This document shows, one piece after another, positions 28,122 to 36,144 of a DNA stretch of 64,000 nt. The notes below the pieces were generated by a model. It saw only the letters and a list, made by a program, of their open reading frames with translations, did not search any database and had not been told where the DNA came from. The DNA is taken from NCBI GenBank assembly GCA_021807085.1, contig JAKAPM010000003.1, positions 2,014 to 66,013 on the forward strand. Reading direction: 5' to 3'. The stretch's first letter is position 1. Each line of letters opens with the position of its first letter. The stretch is from Nanobdellota archaeon (lineage in GTDB: Archaea > Nanobdellota > Nanobdellia > Parvarchaeales > Parvarchaeaceae). Both the position numbers and the translations under genes were made by a program.

Positions 28122-28245
28122 GGTGGCCGCCCTCCGGACGCTTCTTCACAAGGATCCTACCACCACAGTACGGGCATCTGACTATGTCCCCGACTTCACT
28201 CGAGTCGACAGTCGCACCACACGAAAAACATTTGTATTTTGCCAT
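28105..28245 (-). CDS. rpoP: DNA-directed RNA polymerase subunit P (RpoP/Rpb12), zinc ribbon
   Basis: 46 aa ORF, absent from the six-frame track because it is under 60 aa. Reverse-complement translation: MAKYKCFSCGATVDSSEVGDIVRCPYCGGRILVKKRPEGGHHVKAR. Contains CxxC...CxxC; overlaps the pcc1 start by 17 nt. Confidence 0.75.
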   Translation of the reverse strand: MAKYKCFSCGATVDSSEVGDIVRCPYCGGRILVKKRPEGGHHVKAR

Positions 28246-28250
28246 ACTAC

Positions 28251-28448
28251 TCAATTAATCGATTTCACTGTGAGGTTATAAGCGTTGTCGGCTATCTCAA
28301 GTTCACACCTTTTGCACTTCCATATGCCGCTTGCTACCCTCTTCATCGCGGTTTTTTTGCATCTAGGGCATTTGTACTTTCCCGCGCGCAGCTTTGTTAT
28401 GGCGTCGACACCTTTCCTTACGCTTACACCATACTTAGTTGTTCTCAT
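28251..28448 (-). CDS. rpl37ae: 50S ribosomal protein L37ae (eL43)
   Basis: 65 aa. C4 zinc ribbon CPRCKK...CKRC and an N-terminal basic region typical of L37ae. Confidence 0.9.
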   Translation of the reverse strand: MRTTKYGVSVRKGVDAITKLRAGKYKCPRCKKTAMKRVASGIWKCKRCELEIADNAYNLTVKSIN

Positions 28449-28623
28449 AGCAATAATAGATGTACTGTAGAGTATTTGAAAGTTTAGGTTTCTAGGCTAT
28501 TTATACCTTCCACCTTCTGTCATTCTGGGAAAAAAGTGGTGAATATGTGAAATAAGTGTTAGTTATTGCACAACGCTGCCTTCTGTCAAACTACAATACC
28601 GTGCGTCTTGCACTGGTGTTAAT

Positions 28624-28631
28624 TTTATAAG
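28624..28631 (+). promoter_or_regulatory. Candidate TATA box (ttttataa) 23-30 nt upstream of the ATG at 28654
   Basis: AT-rich octamer at canonical archaeal spacing for a leaderless mRNA, inside the 205-nt divergent intergenic region between rpl37ae and the wHTH membrane protein. Confidence 0.3.
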
Positions 28632-28653
28632 AGAGCGAAGCATTCGTAATGTT

Positions 28654-29640
28654 ATGCGTAAATCAGTTTTAGTAGCCGCACCCATTCTAGCTGCGGTTTT
28701 GCTGCTGTCGGCTGGTACTGTTAACGCTCTTGTATATTCAAACGTTCAGATATCGGCAAACGTGACGCAGGTTTACACCCAACTGTCTTTGTCATCGGTA
28801 AGGTACGTCACAACATTCTACAACCTTCCAGATTCTTCTTTCAATGTAAGTTTCCCCCGTGGCGTGCAAAATCTGAAATTGCTGAGCGGGGCCTCAAACA
28901 TGACTATCCTGCCGGTGGCTTACTGCCATTCCGACCCGCCGACCCAGCCATGTATGCTGGTTAGAGTCTATGGAATTAGTGATGGCGTGCCGATAGTTTT
29001 CACGTACGACTTTAACGAGACATACACAGGAGGATCTGACTTATTTAATACTAGCCTGAATTTCCTACCATCGACATTCACTCAGGTGCTCAACATAACC
29101 ATGCTTCTCCCGTCAACAGCATATCTGCCGTCAAATCCCTACTATTCCCTCAACCCATCATCCTTTACCTCCTCTAGCGGCAGGTTTTCCGTAACTTGGC
29201 TATTTGCAAACCAGACGGCGCCTTTTCTTCTCAATAATCAACTCACTTATATTGATCTCCCGTTTACTATAGAGTATGCCGGTTCCTTTCGTCCGCAGCC
29301 CGGCAGCGCCCCTCTTTCCTATACCGAAATAATCACTGCGGTTGCTGTAGTGACCGTATTGGTAGGTTTATGGCTGTGGCTGATGTTTAGGCGACGAATA
29401 GTTCCAAAGAAAGTCAGTAGACGCAAGAAGAACAACAGTCTTTTCTCTAGGCTGCTGACCGAGAATGAAAAAAAGGTGCTGAGCGCCATCAGCAGGAATG
29501 GCTTTACCCAACAGTCAGAGGTGATTAGCAGCACTGGTTTCTCCAAGGTAAAAGTAAGTAAGATAGTCTCAAAACTTTACAAATACCGACTTATCAAGAT
29601 AAAATCAAACGGCAGGCAGAACATGTTGAAACGTTCATAA
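28654..29640 (+). CDS. Single-pass membrane protein: extracellular N-glycosylated domain, TM helix, cytoplasmic winged-HTH (MarR/TrmB-like) domain
   Basis: 328 aa. Signal peptide VLVAAPILAAVLLLSAGTVNA; about 15 NxS/T sequons; TM IITAVAVVTVLVGLWLWLMF; basic stop-transfer RRRIVPKKVSRRKK; C-terminal LTENEKKVLSAISRNGFTQQSEVISSTGFSKVKVSKIVSKLYKYRLIKIKSNGRQNML, a wHTH-like pattern. Confidence 0.5.
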   Translation: MRKSVLVAAPILAAVLLLSAGTVNALVYSNVQISANVTQVYTQLSLSSVRYVTTFYNLPDSSFNVSFPRGVQNLKLLSGASNMTILPVAYCHSDPPTQPCMLVRVYGISDGVPIVFTYDFNETYTGGSDLFNTSLNFLPSTFTQVLNITMLLPSTAYLPSNPYYSLNPSSFTSSSGRFSVTWLFANQTAPFLLNNQLTYIDLPFTIEYAGSFRPQPGSAPLSYTEIITAVAVVTVLVGLWLWLMFRRRIVPKKVSRRKKNNSLFSRLLTENEKKVLSAISRNGFTQQSEVISSTGFSKVKVSKIVSKLYKYRLIKIKSNGRQNMLKRS

Positions 29641-29643
29641 CCC

Positions 29644-29979
29644 ATGTACAACAAAATGAAAGGTTACAGAGTAGAGAGAAAAGTAAAACTGATGTTCGTA
29701 GCGGATGGTTGGAAAGTCGTGCGCGCTGGAGGAAGCCTGGGAGAGTACGACTTGATAGCGTTCAAGAACGGGGAATGTGTATTTCTTCAGATAAAATCCA
29801 CTAAAAAGGATAAATTCTACTACTACGGCTACATGGAAGATAAGTACGAAGGCTTCCCTTTCAGGCTGGTCGTGGATTTTGGCAGGGGCAACGTTAGGAT
29901 AACCAAGCCGGGCAAGATGCTAACCGCTTCAGAAGGGGAGGGTTTGGAGGATTTTCTGCACGGAAACAGTTTCCATTAG
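29644..29979 (+). CDS. hjc: Holliday junction resolvase Hjc (catalytic motif variant E->Q)
   Basis: 111 aa. Collinear with my recollection of Pyrococcus Hjc: KGYRVERKVKLMFVADGWKVVRAGGSLGEYDLIAFKNGECVFLQIKSTKKD against ERELIKLL..VVRSAGSKKVDLVAG..IEVKVTKKD. The third catalytic position reads Q-I-K, not E-V-K. Starts 3 nt after the upstream gene. Confidence 0.75.
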   Translation: MYNKMKGYRVERKVKLMFVADGWKVVRAGGSLGEYDLIAFKNGECVFLQIKSTKKDKFYYYGYMEDKYEGFPFRLVVDFGRGNVRITKPGKMLTASEGEGLEDFLHGNSFH

Positions 29980-30027
29980 TTTCTAACAAATATTTTAATA
30001 TCATAAGTTTTTCCTATAATTATTAAA

Positions 30028-30075
30028 AATTAAAGGCGGTCCTCGCTTACTCGGACTCGGGTACCGCCTTTAATT
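30028..30075. terminator. Perfect 13-bp inverted repeat hairpin between convergent genes (candidate bidirectional terminator)
   Basis: AATTAAAGGCGGT (30028-30040), a 22-nt loop, then ACCGCCTTTAATT (30063-30075), flanked by A/T-rich sequence. Lies in the 129-nt gap between hjc (+) and sec61-beta (-). Confidence 0.35.
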
Positions 30076-30108
30076 ATTATTTCTATCAAATCCTAGAACA
30101 CAAAACGT

Positions 30109-30291
30109 TCAGCCAAAAACCGCTCTAAGACCGATTACTATTATTACCAGAACTACTCCAAGAATTATGACCGTCCTAGGTTTTATCGTTATTTTGCTCT
30201 TGTAATCCGCGTAGTACTGCACCAACCCGCCGAACGACGACGGCATTCTTGTCTGTCCCCTGTTGTTAAACATATCGTTATTTATCCTCAC
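30109..30291 (-). CDS. Preprotein translocase Sec61-beta (SecG-like) subunit
   Basis: 60 aa. Cytoplasmic N-terminus with GLVQYY motif and a single C-terminal TM (ILGVVLVIIVIGL), the typical archaeal Sec61-beta layout. Confidence 0.55.
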   Translation of the reverse strand: MRINNDMFNNRGQTRMPSSFGGLVQYYADYKSKITIKPRTVIILGVVLVIIVIGLRAVFG

Positions 30292-30827
30292 GCCTTGTTA
30301 TTAAAACTTTCTACGTGCGTTATATCCTTTAGGTTCGGAGTGGCGTCCTTAGGCTTTGACACCGAATCCACGCTTGGGTAACCCACAGGGATAACCCCTC
30401 TAACAATGTAATTCTGGGGTATGTCAAGAAGCTTTCGTATGCCATCCTGCTGGACAGTCGCTATCCATGCGCTTCCAATGCCCAGACTGGCAGCGTACAA
30501 CAGAATATTTTCTATGGCCAGTGCGGCGTTCTCTACGCAGAAGACGTCAGAATCTCCTTTGTCGAAGACTCTTGTCAGCTTGTCCTGATTGCACACAACT
30601 AATATTATGAAAGGGGCGGTCTCTATGTTAGGGGTGAGGCATATCCTTCCCAATTCTAGTTTCTTCGGCTTTTCCGTCACGACTATAAATTCGTACTCGT
30701 GGATGCCACCAGCTGCCGGCGCGGCTTTAGCGGCTTCCAATATATCTATGATTATCTCATCCTTAACCGGTTTGTCCAGGAACGAAAATACCGTCTTTCT
30801 GGTGTCTATGGCCTGTCGGACATCCAT
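30288..30827 (-). CDS. Nitroreductase-family flavoprotein
   Basis: 179 aa. N-terminal motif AIDTRKTVFSF and a Gly-rich FMN-binding region typical of the NfnB/NfsA nitroreductase fold. Confidence 0.7.
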   Translation of the reverse strand: MDVRQAIDTRKTVFSFLDKPVKDEIIIDILEAAKAAPAAGGIHEYEFIVVTEKPKKLELGRICLTPNIETAPFIILVVCNQDKLTRVFDKGDSDVFCVENAALAIENILLYAASLGIGSAWIATVQQDGIRKLLDIPQNYIVRGVIPVGYPSVDSVSKPKDATPNLKDITHVESFNNKA

Positions 30828-30851
30828 TACTATTTATGAAAGCAGCCCAAT

Positions 30852-31043
30852 TTAAGAATATCTCTCGACTATTTCAGCTTTTATGTCCGCATTTCCGCCT
30901 TTTGATTCTGCCAGCGTCTCCTCACACACCAGGCACTTGACCTCTGTCGCCGCATTCGCAAATATTACCTGTTCATTCTTGCATTTTTGACATCTTACCT
31001 TGACGAATTTGCTCTCCGCTGGCTTGAATACTATCTCGTCCAT
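30852..31043 (-). CDS. rps27e: 30S ribosomal protein S27e (eS27)
   Basis: 63 aa. C4 zinc finger VRCQKCKNEQVIF...VKCLVCEETL. Confidence 0.85.
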   Translation of the reverse strand: MDEIVFKPAESKFVKVRCQKCKNEQVIFANAATEVKCLVCEETLAESKGGNADIKAEIVERYS

Positions 31044-31044
31044 A

Positions 31045-31338
31045 TTATTTTATCTCCACCTTCCTTGCCTTATTCCCCCTTTTCTGGGTCGTCATTTTAC
31101 CGCACTTCGTGCATTTATATCTTATATCATATCTTTTTGACTGCTTGACACCTAGCCTTTTCGCGTGCTCAAACATTGGATAAGGAGTGGAACCGTATCC
31201 ATGCTCTATGTTGTAGAGCTTCCTCCGGCTGCCTGCTGTAAGCGTCCCTCTCTGGCCTCCTTTTACTTGAATGACCTTCTGCAAGGTATGCTCTTTGCAA
31301 AATTTACAATATCGTTTTACTTGTGACGGCAACTTCAT
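31045..31338 (-). CDS. rpl44e: 50S ribosomal protein L44e (eL42)
   Basis: 97 aa. CKFCKEH...CTKCGK zinc ribbon and a basic tail; conserved pairing with rps27e. Confidence 0.85.
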   Translation of the reverse strand: MKLPSQVKRYCKFCKEHTLQKVIQVKGGQRGTLTAGSRRKLYNIEHGYGSTPYPMFEHAKRLGVKQSKRYDIRYKCTKCGKMTTQKRGNKARKVEIK

Positions 31339-31457
31339 TTAGTTTGATAAAAATGTATACTATTTAACTCTTTCTGTAGCTTCCAGTGTTGTATCCCGCC
31401 TGTGTAGAAAATCTAACTATTTGGCACAGATTTAAATTCCAGAAGCATCTAAACAGT

Positions 31458-33875
31458 ATGAAATCGCCCATCATCATACTTGTAGTTCTGCTGCTAGTTA
31501 GTGTGGGTACCGTCCACGCGTCTATAACTCTCAACATGAATGAAATCCCGCTGCAGGGACAGGCGTGCACCTTCCTGTCGCCCCAGCAACTGCAGACAGC
31601 CTACGGTTTCGGCCAACTCTATAGTTCCGGCATAAACGGTAACGGCCAGAGTGTAGCTATAATAGTGGCGTATGGAGACTCCAACCTCCAGGCCGACGTA
31701 AATGCGTTCGACTCGCAATACAGTTTGCCGTCGCTGTCCGTTGGATCAAACCTTATGGTGGTAACTCCGTTCGGAAAACCGCAAAGCAGTTTCACGAACT
31801 GGACGGCTGAGACTGCCCTAGACGTTGAGACTGTGCATTCGCTTGCGCCCGGAGCCAGGATATATGTAGTGGAAGCCCCAAACGAAAACTCTCTTTTCTC
31901 CGCGATAAACTATACTGTTAATAACCTGCCCGTAACTGTAATCTCCGTGAGCTGGGGAAGTTCTGAATCCAGCTACACCAGCAGCGACATAAGTTATCTC
32001 AACAGCGTATTATACAACGCGGAGCAGAAAGGAGTGAATATCTTCGTTGCTTCCGGTGATACAGGCGCTTATAACTCCCAAAGCTTCCCAAACGTCAATT
32101 TTCCCGCTTCCAGTCCGTACGTAGTGTCTGTGGGCGGCAGCACCCTCTCGGTGAGTTCTTCAGGCTCCTATCAGGGCGAAACCGCTTGGAACGGCAGCGG
32201 GGGCGGTAACAGCGAGTACTTCTACAGACCCCCTTTTCAGCCCGATCTCAACAGCTATAGGATGGTGCCTGACGTGGCTTTTAACGCTGGTACGCCTGTT
32301 TGCATAGAGTCCAACCTATCCATCAGGGGATATTACGGCACTAGTCTATCCGCCCCATCCTGGGCGGCAATAGACTCGCTGATAAACCAGAAGGTAAAGG
32401 GGGACAAAGCATTCCTGCTGCAGGAGCTCTACAAGACGTATTCCGACTACGGTTCGCTGGCATTCAACAGCATAACCAGCGGATGCAACGGCCTGTACTG
32501 CGCATCAAACAGTTATAACGAGGTCACAGGACTCGGATCGCCGAAGGTATACCAGCTTGTTCAAATAATATCCAAGGCCCAGTACAAGATAACGTTCGAT
32601 CCGTCAACGACCGATTCGGTTTTCAGCGTGAACGGCATCAATTACTCCTCAACTGTATCGCTAAACTTTACGTATGGACAGAAGGTGAGCATAATAGCGT
32701 ATTCTGGAAAAGTACCGGATGTAGGGGTGGTAAATTTCAGCTCGTTCTCCGGTATTGTTAACGCCGCTGACTCCGCAGTTGTGTTTTTCGTAAACACCTC
32801 CGGCATACTCAGCATCCATTTCAACGAGTATTTCATAGTATCCCTCAATGGTGTTATGGGTAATTCTACTTCGGCTTCGTTAATGAAGAACGGCAGTTCT
32901 CTCGACCTTACCTCTCCTTTGTACGTCAACTACAGCGGCGTGCAGTACACTTTAGTAGGTTTCACTATGAACGGCGGACCTGTGGTGTATTCCGGCGCTT
33001 ACAGTATAGATGTGTACGCACCGATGAATGTCAGTTTCGTTTGGCATAAGATTGCGAAGACGCCAATAGCTACCGAACCGATACCATCGCTGTTGGTTAC
33101 AGTTTCGTTCTATTCTTTTGCGCCTCTTTCAAACAAAATTACACATGAGTTGGCCACTCTATCTGGATCTTCCGGTGTGTTTGCTGTGAATGGAACAGAG
33201 ATAAGTGTTTACAGCAAACCGCAAGTAGTCTCGGGTTACAGGTACGAATTGGCGAATTTCACCACAGCCTCCGGGCAGCAAATAATAGTAAACTTCACGA
33301 AAGAAAAGTCTATAAACGTCAGTTTCTACTCCGAACAGGATGTGAGCATAGTTCCCAGCTCCCTACAGGTAGGTTTTGACGGGGTGAACGAAACTTACAT
33401 AAACAGCACCACCATATGGGGTCCGCTGTCTGGCGGTGTAACTATCGAGAGCGTCCTGTACAAAGGAGTAGAGATGCTGGATCAGCCAGTCCGCCTGTAC
33501 TCCAATTCCAGCGGGGCTAACCTTACGCTTCCTATAAGTGATGTTACAGTCCGGCTAGTAACATATTTCGGCATACCTGTGGTAGGGGCAGGAATCTACC
33601 TATCATTCGATAACATATCAATATATAACTCCACAAGTATTTCCGGCAGCACCACATTCTACAACATCCCCCAAAAACCATATAGCCTCAGAATAAACGC
33701 ATACGGTACAAAATATACGTTTAGTAATCTAGACACAGCATCGCTGGACTTGACTGTGTCCCCTATACTGTACCAGCTGTACATAATACTGGGACTCGTT
33801 CTGGTTGTGCTGTTGTCGCTGTTCCTGTTCGAGAGGCTGAAGCACCGCTCCAACAAGAGTCACAGTATTAAATAG
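31458..33875 (+). CDS. Sedolisin-like (peptidase S53) secreted serine-carboxyl protease with large glycosylated C-terminal region and C-terminal TM anchor
   Basis: About 805 aa from the MKSPIIILVVLLLVSVGTVHA signal peptide. The ORF extends upstream to 31386, but the signal peptide fixes the start at 31458. S53-type motifs: TAETALDVE (catalytic Glu/Asp), ASGDTGAY (oxyanion Asp), GTSLSAPSWAA (catalytic Ser). More than 30 NxS/T sequons and a C-terminal TM ILGLVLVVLLSLFLF. Confidence 0.75.
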   Translation: MKSPIIILVVLLLVSVGTVHASITLNMNEIPLQGQACTFLSPQQLQTAYGFGQLYSSGINGNGQSVAIIVAYGDSNLQADVNAFDSQYSLPSLSVGSNLMVVTPFGKPQSSFTNWTAETALDVETVHSLAPGARIYVVEAPNENSLFSAINYTVNNLPVTVISVSWGSSESSYTSSDISYLNSVLYNAEQKGVNIFVASGDTGAYNSQSFPNVNFPASSPYVVSVGGSTLSVSSSGSYQGETAWNGSGGGNSEYFYRPPFQPDLNSYRMVPDVAFNAGTPVCIESNLSIRGYYGTSLSAPSWAAIDSLINQKVKGDKAFLLQELYKTYSDYGSLAFNSITSGCNGLYCASNSYNEVTGLGSPKVYQLVQIISKAQYKITFDPSTTDSVFSVNGINYSSTVSLNFTYGQKVSIIAYSGKVPDVGVVNFSSFSGIVNAADSAVVFFVNTSGILSIHFNEYFIVSLNGVMGNSTSASLMKNGSSLDLTSPLYVNYSGVQYTLVGFTMNGGPVVYSGAYSIDVYAPMNVSFVWHKIAKTPIATEPIPSLLVTVSFYSFAPLSNKITHELATLSGSSGVFAVNGTEISVYSKPQVVSGYRYELANFTTASGQQIIVNFTKEKSINVSFYSEQDVSIVPSSLQVGFDGVNETYINSTTIWGPLSGGVTIESVLYKGVEMLDQPVRLYSNSSGANLTLPISDVTVRLVTYFGIPVVGAGIYLSFDNISIYNSTSISGSTTFYNIPQKPYSLRINAYGTKYTFSNLDTASLDLTVSPILYQLYIILGLVLVVLLSLFLFERLKHRSNKSHSIK

Positions 33876-33903
33876 AAAACTGCTAGATAATAATTATTGA
33901 ACT

Positions 33904-36144
33904 ATGGAGAACAGGGCTAAAGACTATACCTTGTCTAGGGAAGAAGGGGAAATAGTCCTTACATACAAAGTGGATTTGAACATCCTCTACCCAAATCCCG
34001 AAGACAACGAGGCCATTTTCGAGAAGATAGTTGACGCGATACTCGAATCTGGAAACATAACATCCCTGATAATAGCAAGCGACAGGAACTATATCTACAC
34101 CAAAAACGAGGTGGAGCTCTTCAACAATCTCGCCGACGTATACAGGCAAATATTGGAATCCGACTTGGTTGTACAGTTCGGAGTGGATGCCCAGAGAGAA
34201 TTTCCAGGCGCCATATCCTCCTTCAACTACGTGGTGTTCAACAGGCTGAAGAGGGACCCGATAGGCGCGTATGTTTTCGCCGTCAGGGCCGAGAGGGAGA
34301 TAAGGGTGATGGCGGAGGGCAATAAATCAGAGGAACTCGGTTCTATAGTGCAGCGCTTTTCCAAGCTGCTCGAAGCGCTCTCGTCCGCAGAAATAATAAA
34401 GAGGAGCGCCAGTTACCTCCTCGGCTACAAGATAGGCGACAGAACGCCGTACAGGTCTTTGCTGAAGCCTTTGATACGCCCTAATTTCACGTACACTCGC
34501 ATAATGTCCGAGCCCCCTATGTCGGCAGTAGAGGTGGATACATACAAAATAGCCGACGCAGACCAGACAGAAGTCACAATATACAAGATTCCAGGAATAT
34601 CGCAATATCTGTACCACTTGTCACCACCAGAACTGCTTCTCAACGTGGACGAATACAACGTTCTGGACCAAGTTAGGACAAATTTGATAAACTACAGGCC
34701 CCAAGAGGAGGAATTTACCGATCCTGTCAGGATGAGGGACGTGTTTTTCAACCTCGCGAAGGACATGATAATAGACATAAGTGGCAAAAACAAGTACAAC
34801 ATAGGCTTCAAAGACGTGGAAAAACTTGCCAGGATACTGGTTAGGCTGACTGTAGGTTTTGGGATAACCGAAGTCATACTGTCGGATTCAAAAGTTGAAG
34901 ATGTTTATCTGAATTCCCCCATAAGCCACTCACCACTGTTCGTGAAGCACGGAACCTACGGCGAGTGCGCGTCCAACATAATTCCGAATGCCAAGGAAGT
35001 GGATGCATGGGCATCGCGCTTCAGATTGATGTCTGGCAGGGCGCTCGATGAGGGACACCCCGTCCTGGATACGGAGCTTATAACCGGGCTGTTGAGGGCC
35101 AGAGTGGCAATTTCTCAGAAGCCTCTTTCTCCGTTCGGCCTGAGTGTAGCGTTCAGGCGCCATAGGGATAATCCTTGGACTATTCCACTTTTCATAAACA
35201 ACGGTATGGTGTCCCCGTTCGCTGCCGGTTTGCTCTGGTTCTGCGTAGAAGGCGCCAGGACACTTCTGATAAGCGGCACCAGGGGCGCTGGAAAAACATC
35301 GTTCTTGACTGCCCTGATGCTTCTCCTCATGAAGAGATACAGGATAATAACAGTGGAGGACACGCTGGAGATACCTACCGACGCGTTCACCAATCTCGGC
35401 TACGATATCTTGTCGCTGAAAGTCCAGAGCGCTATAACCGGCGAAAAATCTGAAATGACGGCGGAAGAGGGCATACGAACTACCCTTAGGCTGGGAGATA
35501 GCTCTCTAGTCGTAGGGGAGGTCAGGAGTACTGAGGCTAAGGCGCTGTATGAGGCTATGCGCGTGGGGGCGCTTTCTAACGTCGTTCTCGGTACAATACA
35601 CGGCGAGAACGCGTACGGTGTGTTCGATAGAATAGTCAACGACCTAGGCGTGCCGAGGACAAGTTTCAAGGCAACTGATCTTATCATATCCATCAACAAG
35701 ATAAAGACAGAAGATAGACTAATCGAGAGGAGACGGGTGCTAAATATAACAGAAGTCAGGAAGGACTGGACAGACGATCCGCTATACGAGAATGGGTTCG
35801 TGGACCTTGTCAAATACGACATAAGGAAAGACATACTATTGCCGTCAGACGACCTCTTGGAAGGAAACAGCGCGGTAGTTAAACAGATTGCCTCAAACGT
35901 CAAGGACTGGGCCGGAAACTGGGACGCGGTTCTGGACAACATAAACGCCAGGGCAGACATATTTAAAATGATCGTGGAACATTCCAAGAGGAAGGGGGAC
36001 AACTCGTTCCTCGAGGCAGAATTTTCGGTCTCAGCGATAGACCAATATTATGATATAGTTAACAAGCTCAAGGAGGAGTACGGTTCGGCCGAAAGGTCCG
36101 GAATAATCAAGGCGTTTGACTTATGGCTAAGAGAACAAAAATAG
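33904..36144 (+). CDS. Type IV pilus/archaellum-type secretion ATPase (FlaI/TadA/GspE family) with long N-terminal extension
   Basis: 746 aa. Walker A GTRGAGKTS; Asp-box/Walker B region LVVGEVRSTEA; His-box GTIHGEN. About 420 aa precede the Walker A, longer than in typical FlaI. Confidence 0.8.
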   Translation: MENRAKDYTLSREEGEIVLTYKVDLNILYPNPEDNEAIFEKIVDAILESGNITSLIIASDRNYIYTKNEVELFNNLADVYRQILESDLVVQFGVDAQREFPGAISSFNYVVFNRLKRDPIGAYVFAVRAEREIRVMAEGNKSEELGSIVQRFSKLLEALSSAEIIKRSASYLLGYKIGDRTPYRSLLKPLIRPNFTYTRIMSEPPMSAVEVDTYKIADADQTEVTIYKIPGISQYLYHLSPPELLLNVDEYNVLDQVRTNLINYRPQEEEFTDPVRMRDVFFNLAKDMIIDISGKNKYNIGFKDVEKLARILVRLTVGFGITEVILSDSKVEDVYLNSPISHSPLFVKHGTYGECASNIIPNAKEVDAWASRFRLMSGRALDEGHPVLDTELITGLLRARVAISQKPLSPFGLSVAFRRHRDNPWTIPLFINNGMVSPFAAGLLWFCVEGARTLLISGTRGAGKTSFLTALMLLLMKRYRIITVEDTLEIPTDAFTNLGYDILSLKVQSAITGEKSEMTAEEGIRTTLRLGDSSLVVGEVRSTEAKALYEAMRVGALSNVVLGTIHGENAYGVFDRIVNDLGVPRTSFKATDLIISINKIKTEDRLIERRRVLNITEVRKDWTDDPLYENGFVDLVKYDIRKDILLPSDDLLEGNSAVVKQIASNVKDWAGNWDAVLDNINARADIFKMIVEHSKRKGDNSFLEAEFSVSAIDQYYDIVNKLKEEYGSAERSGIIKAFDLWLREQK

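Noticed and set aside
28449-28653. 205-nt intergenic region checked for tRNA or small RNA
   Set aside because: No G-start acceptor stem, T-loop (GTTCRANYC) or CCA-like tRNA hallmarks by eye. It is AT-rich and contains TATA-like octamers, consistent with a divergent promoter region. The same check was negative for 42479..42655 and 51421..51585.
31386-31457. N-terminal extension of the S53 protease ORF (MLYPACVENLTIWHRFKFQKHLNS)
   Set aside because: The downstream Met begins a textbook signal peptide (MKSPIIILVVLLLVSVGTVHA), so the true start is almost certainly 31458. The extension would place the signal peptide internally.
33904-36144. Possible intein in the unusually long (746 aa) pilus ATPase, or in the ligase and other large proteins
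   Set aside because: No block A (C/S-L-x-x-D), TxxH, or terminal HN followed by C/S/T signatures. The extra length is an N-terminal extension collinear with no splicing motifs.
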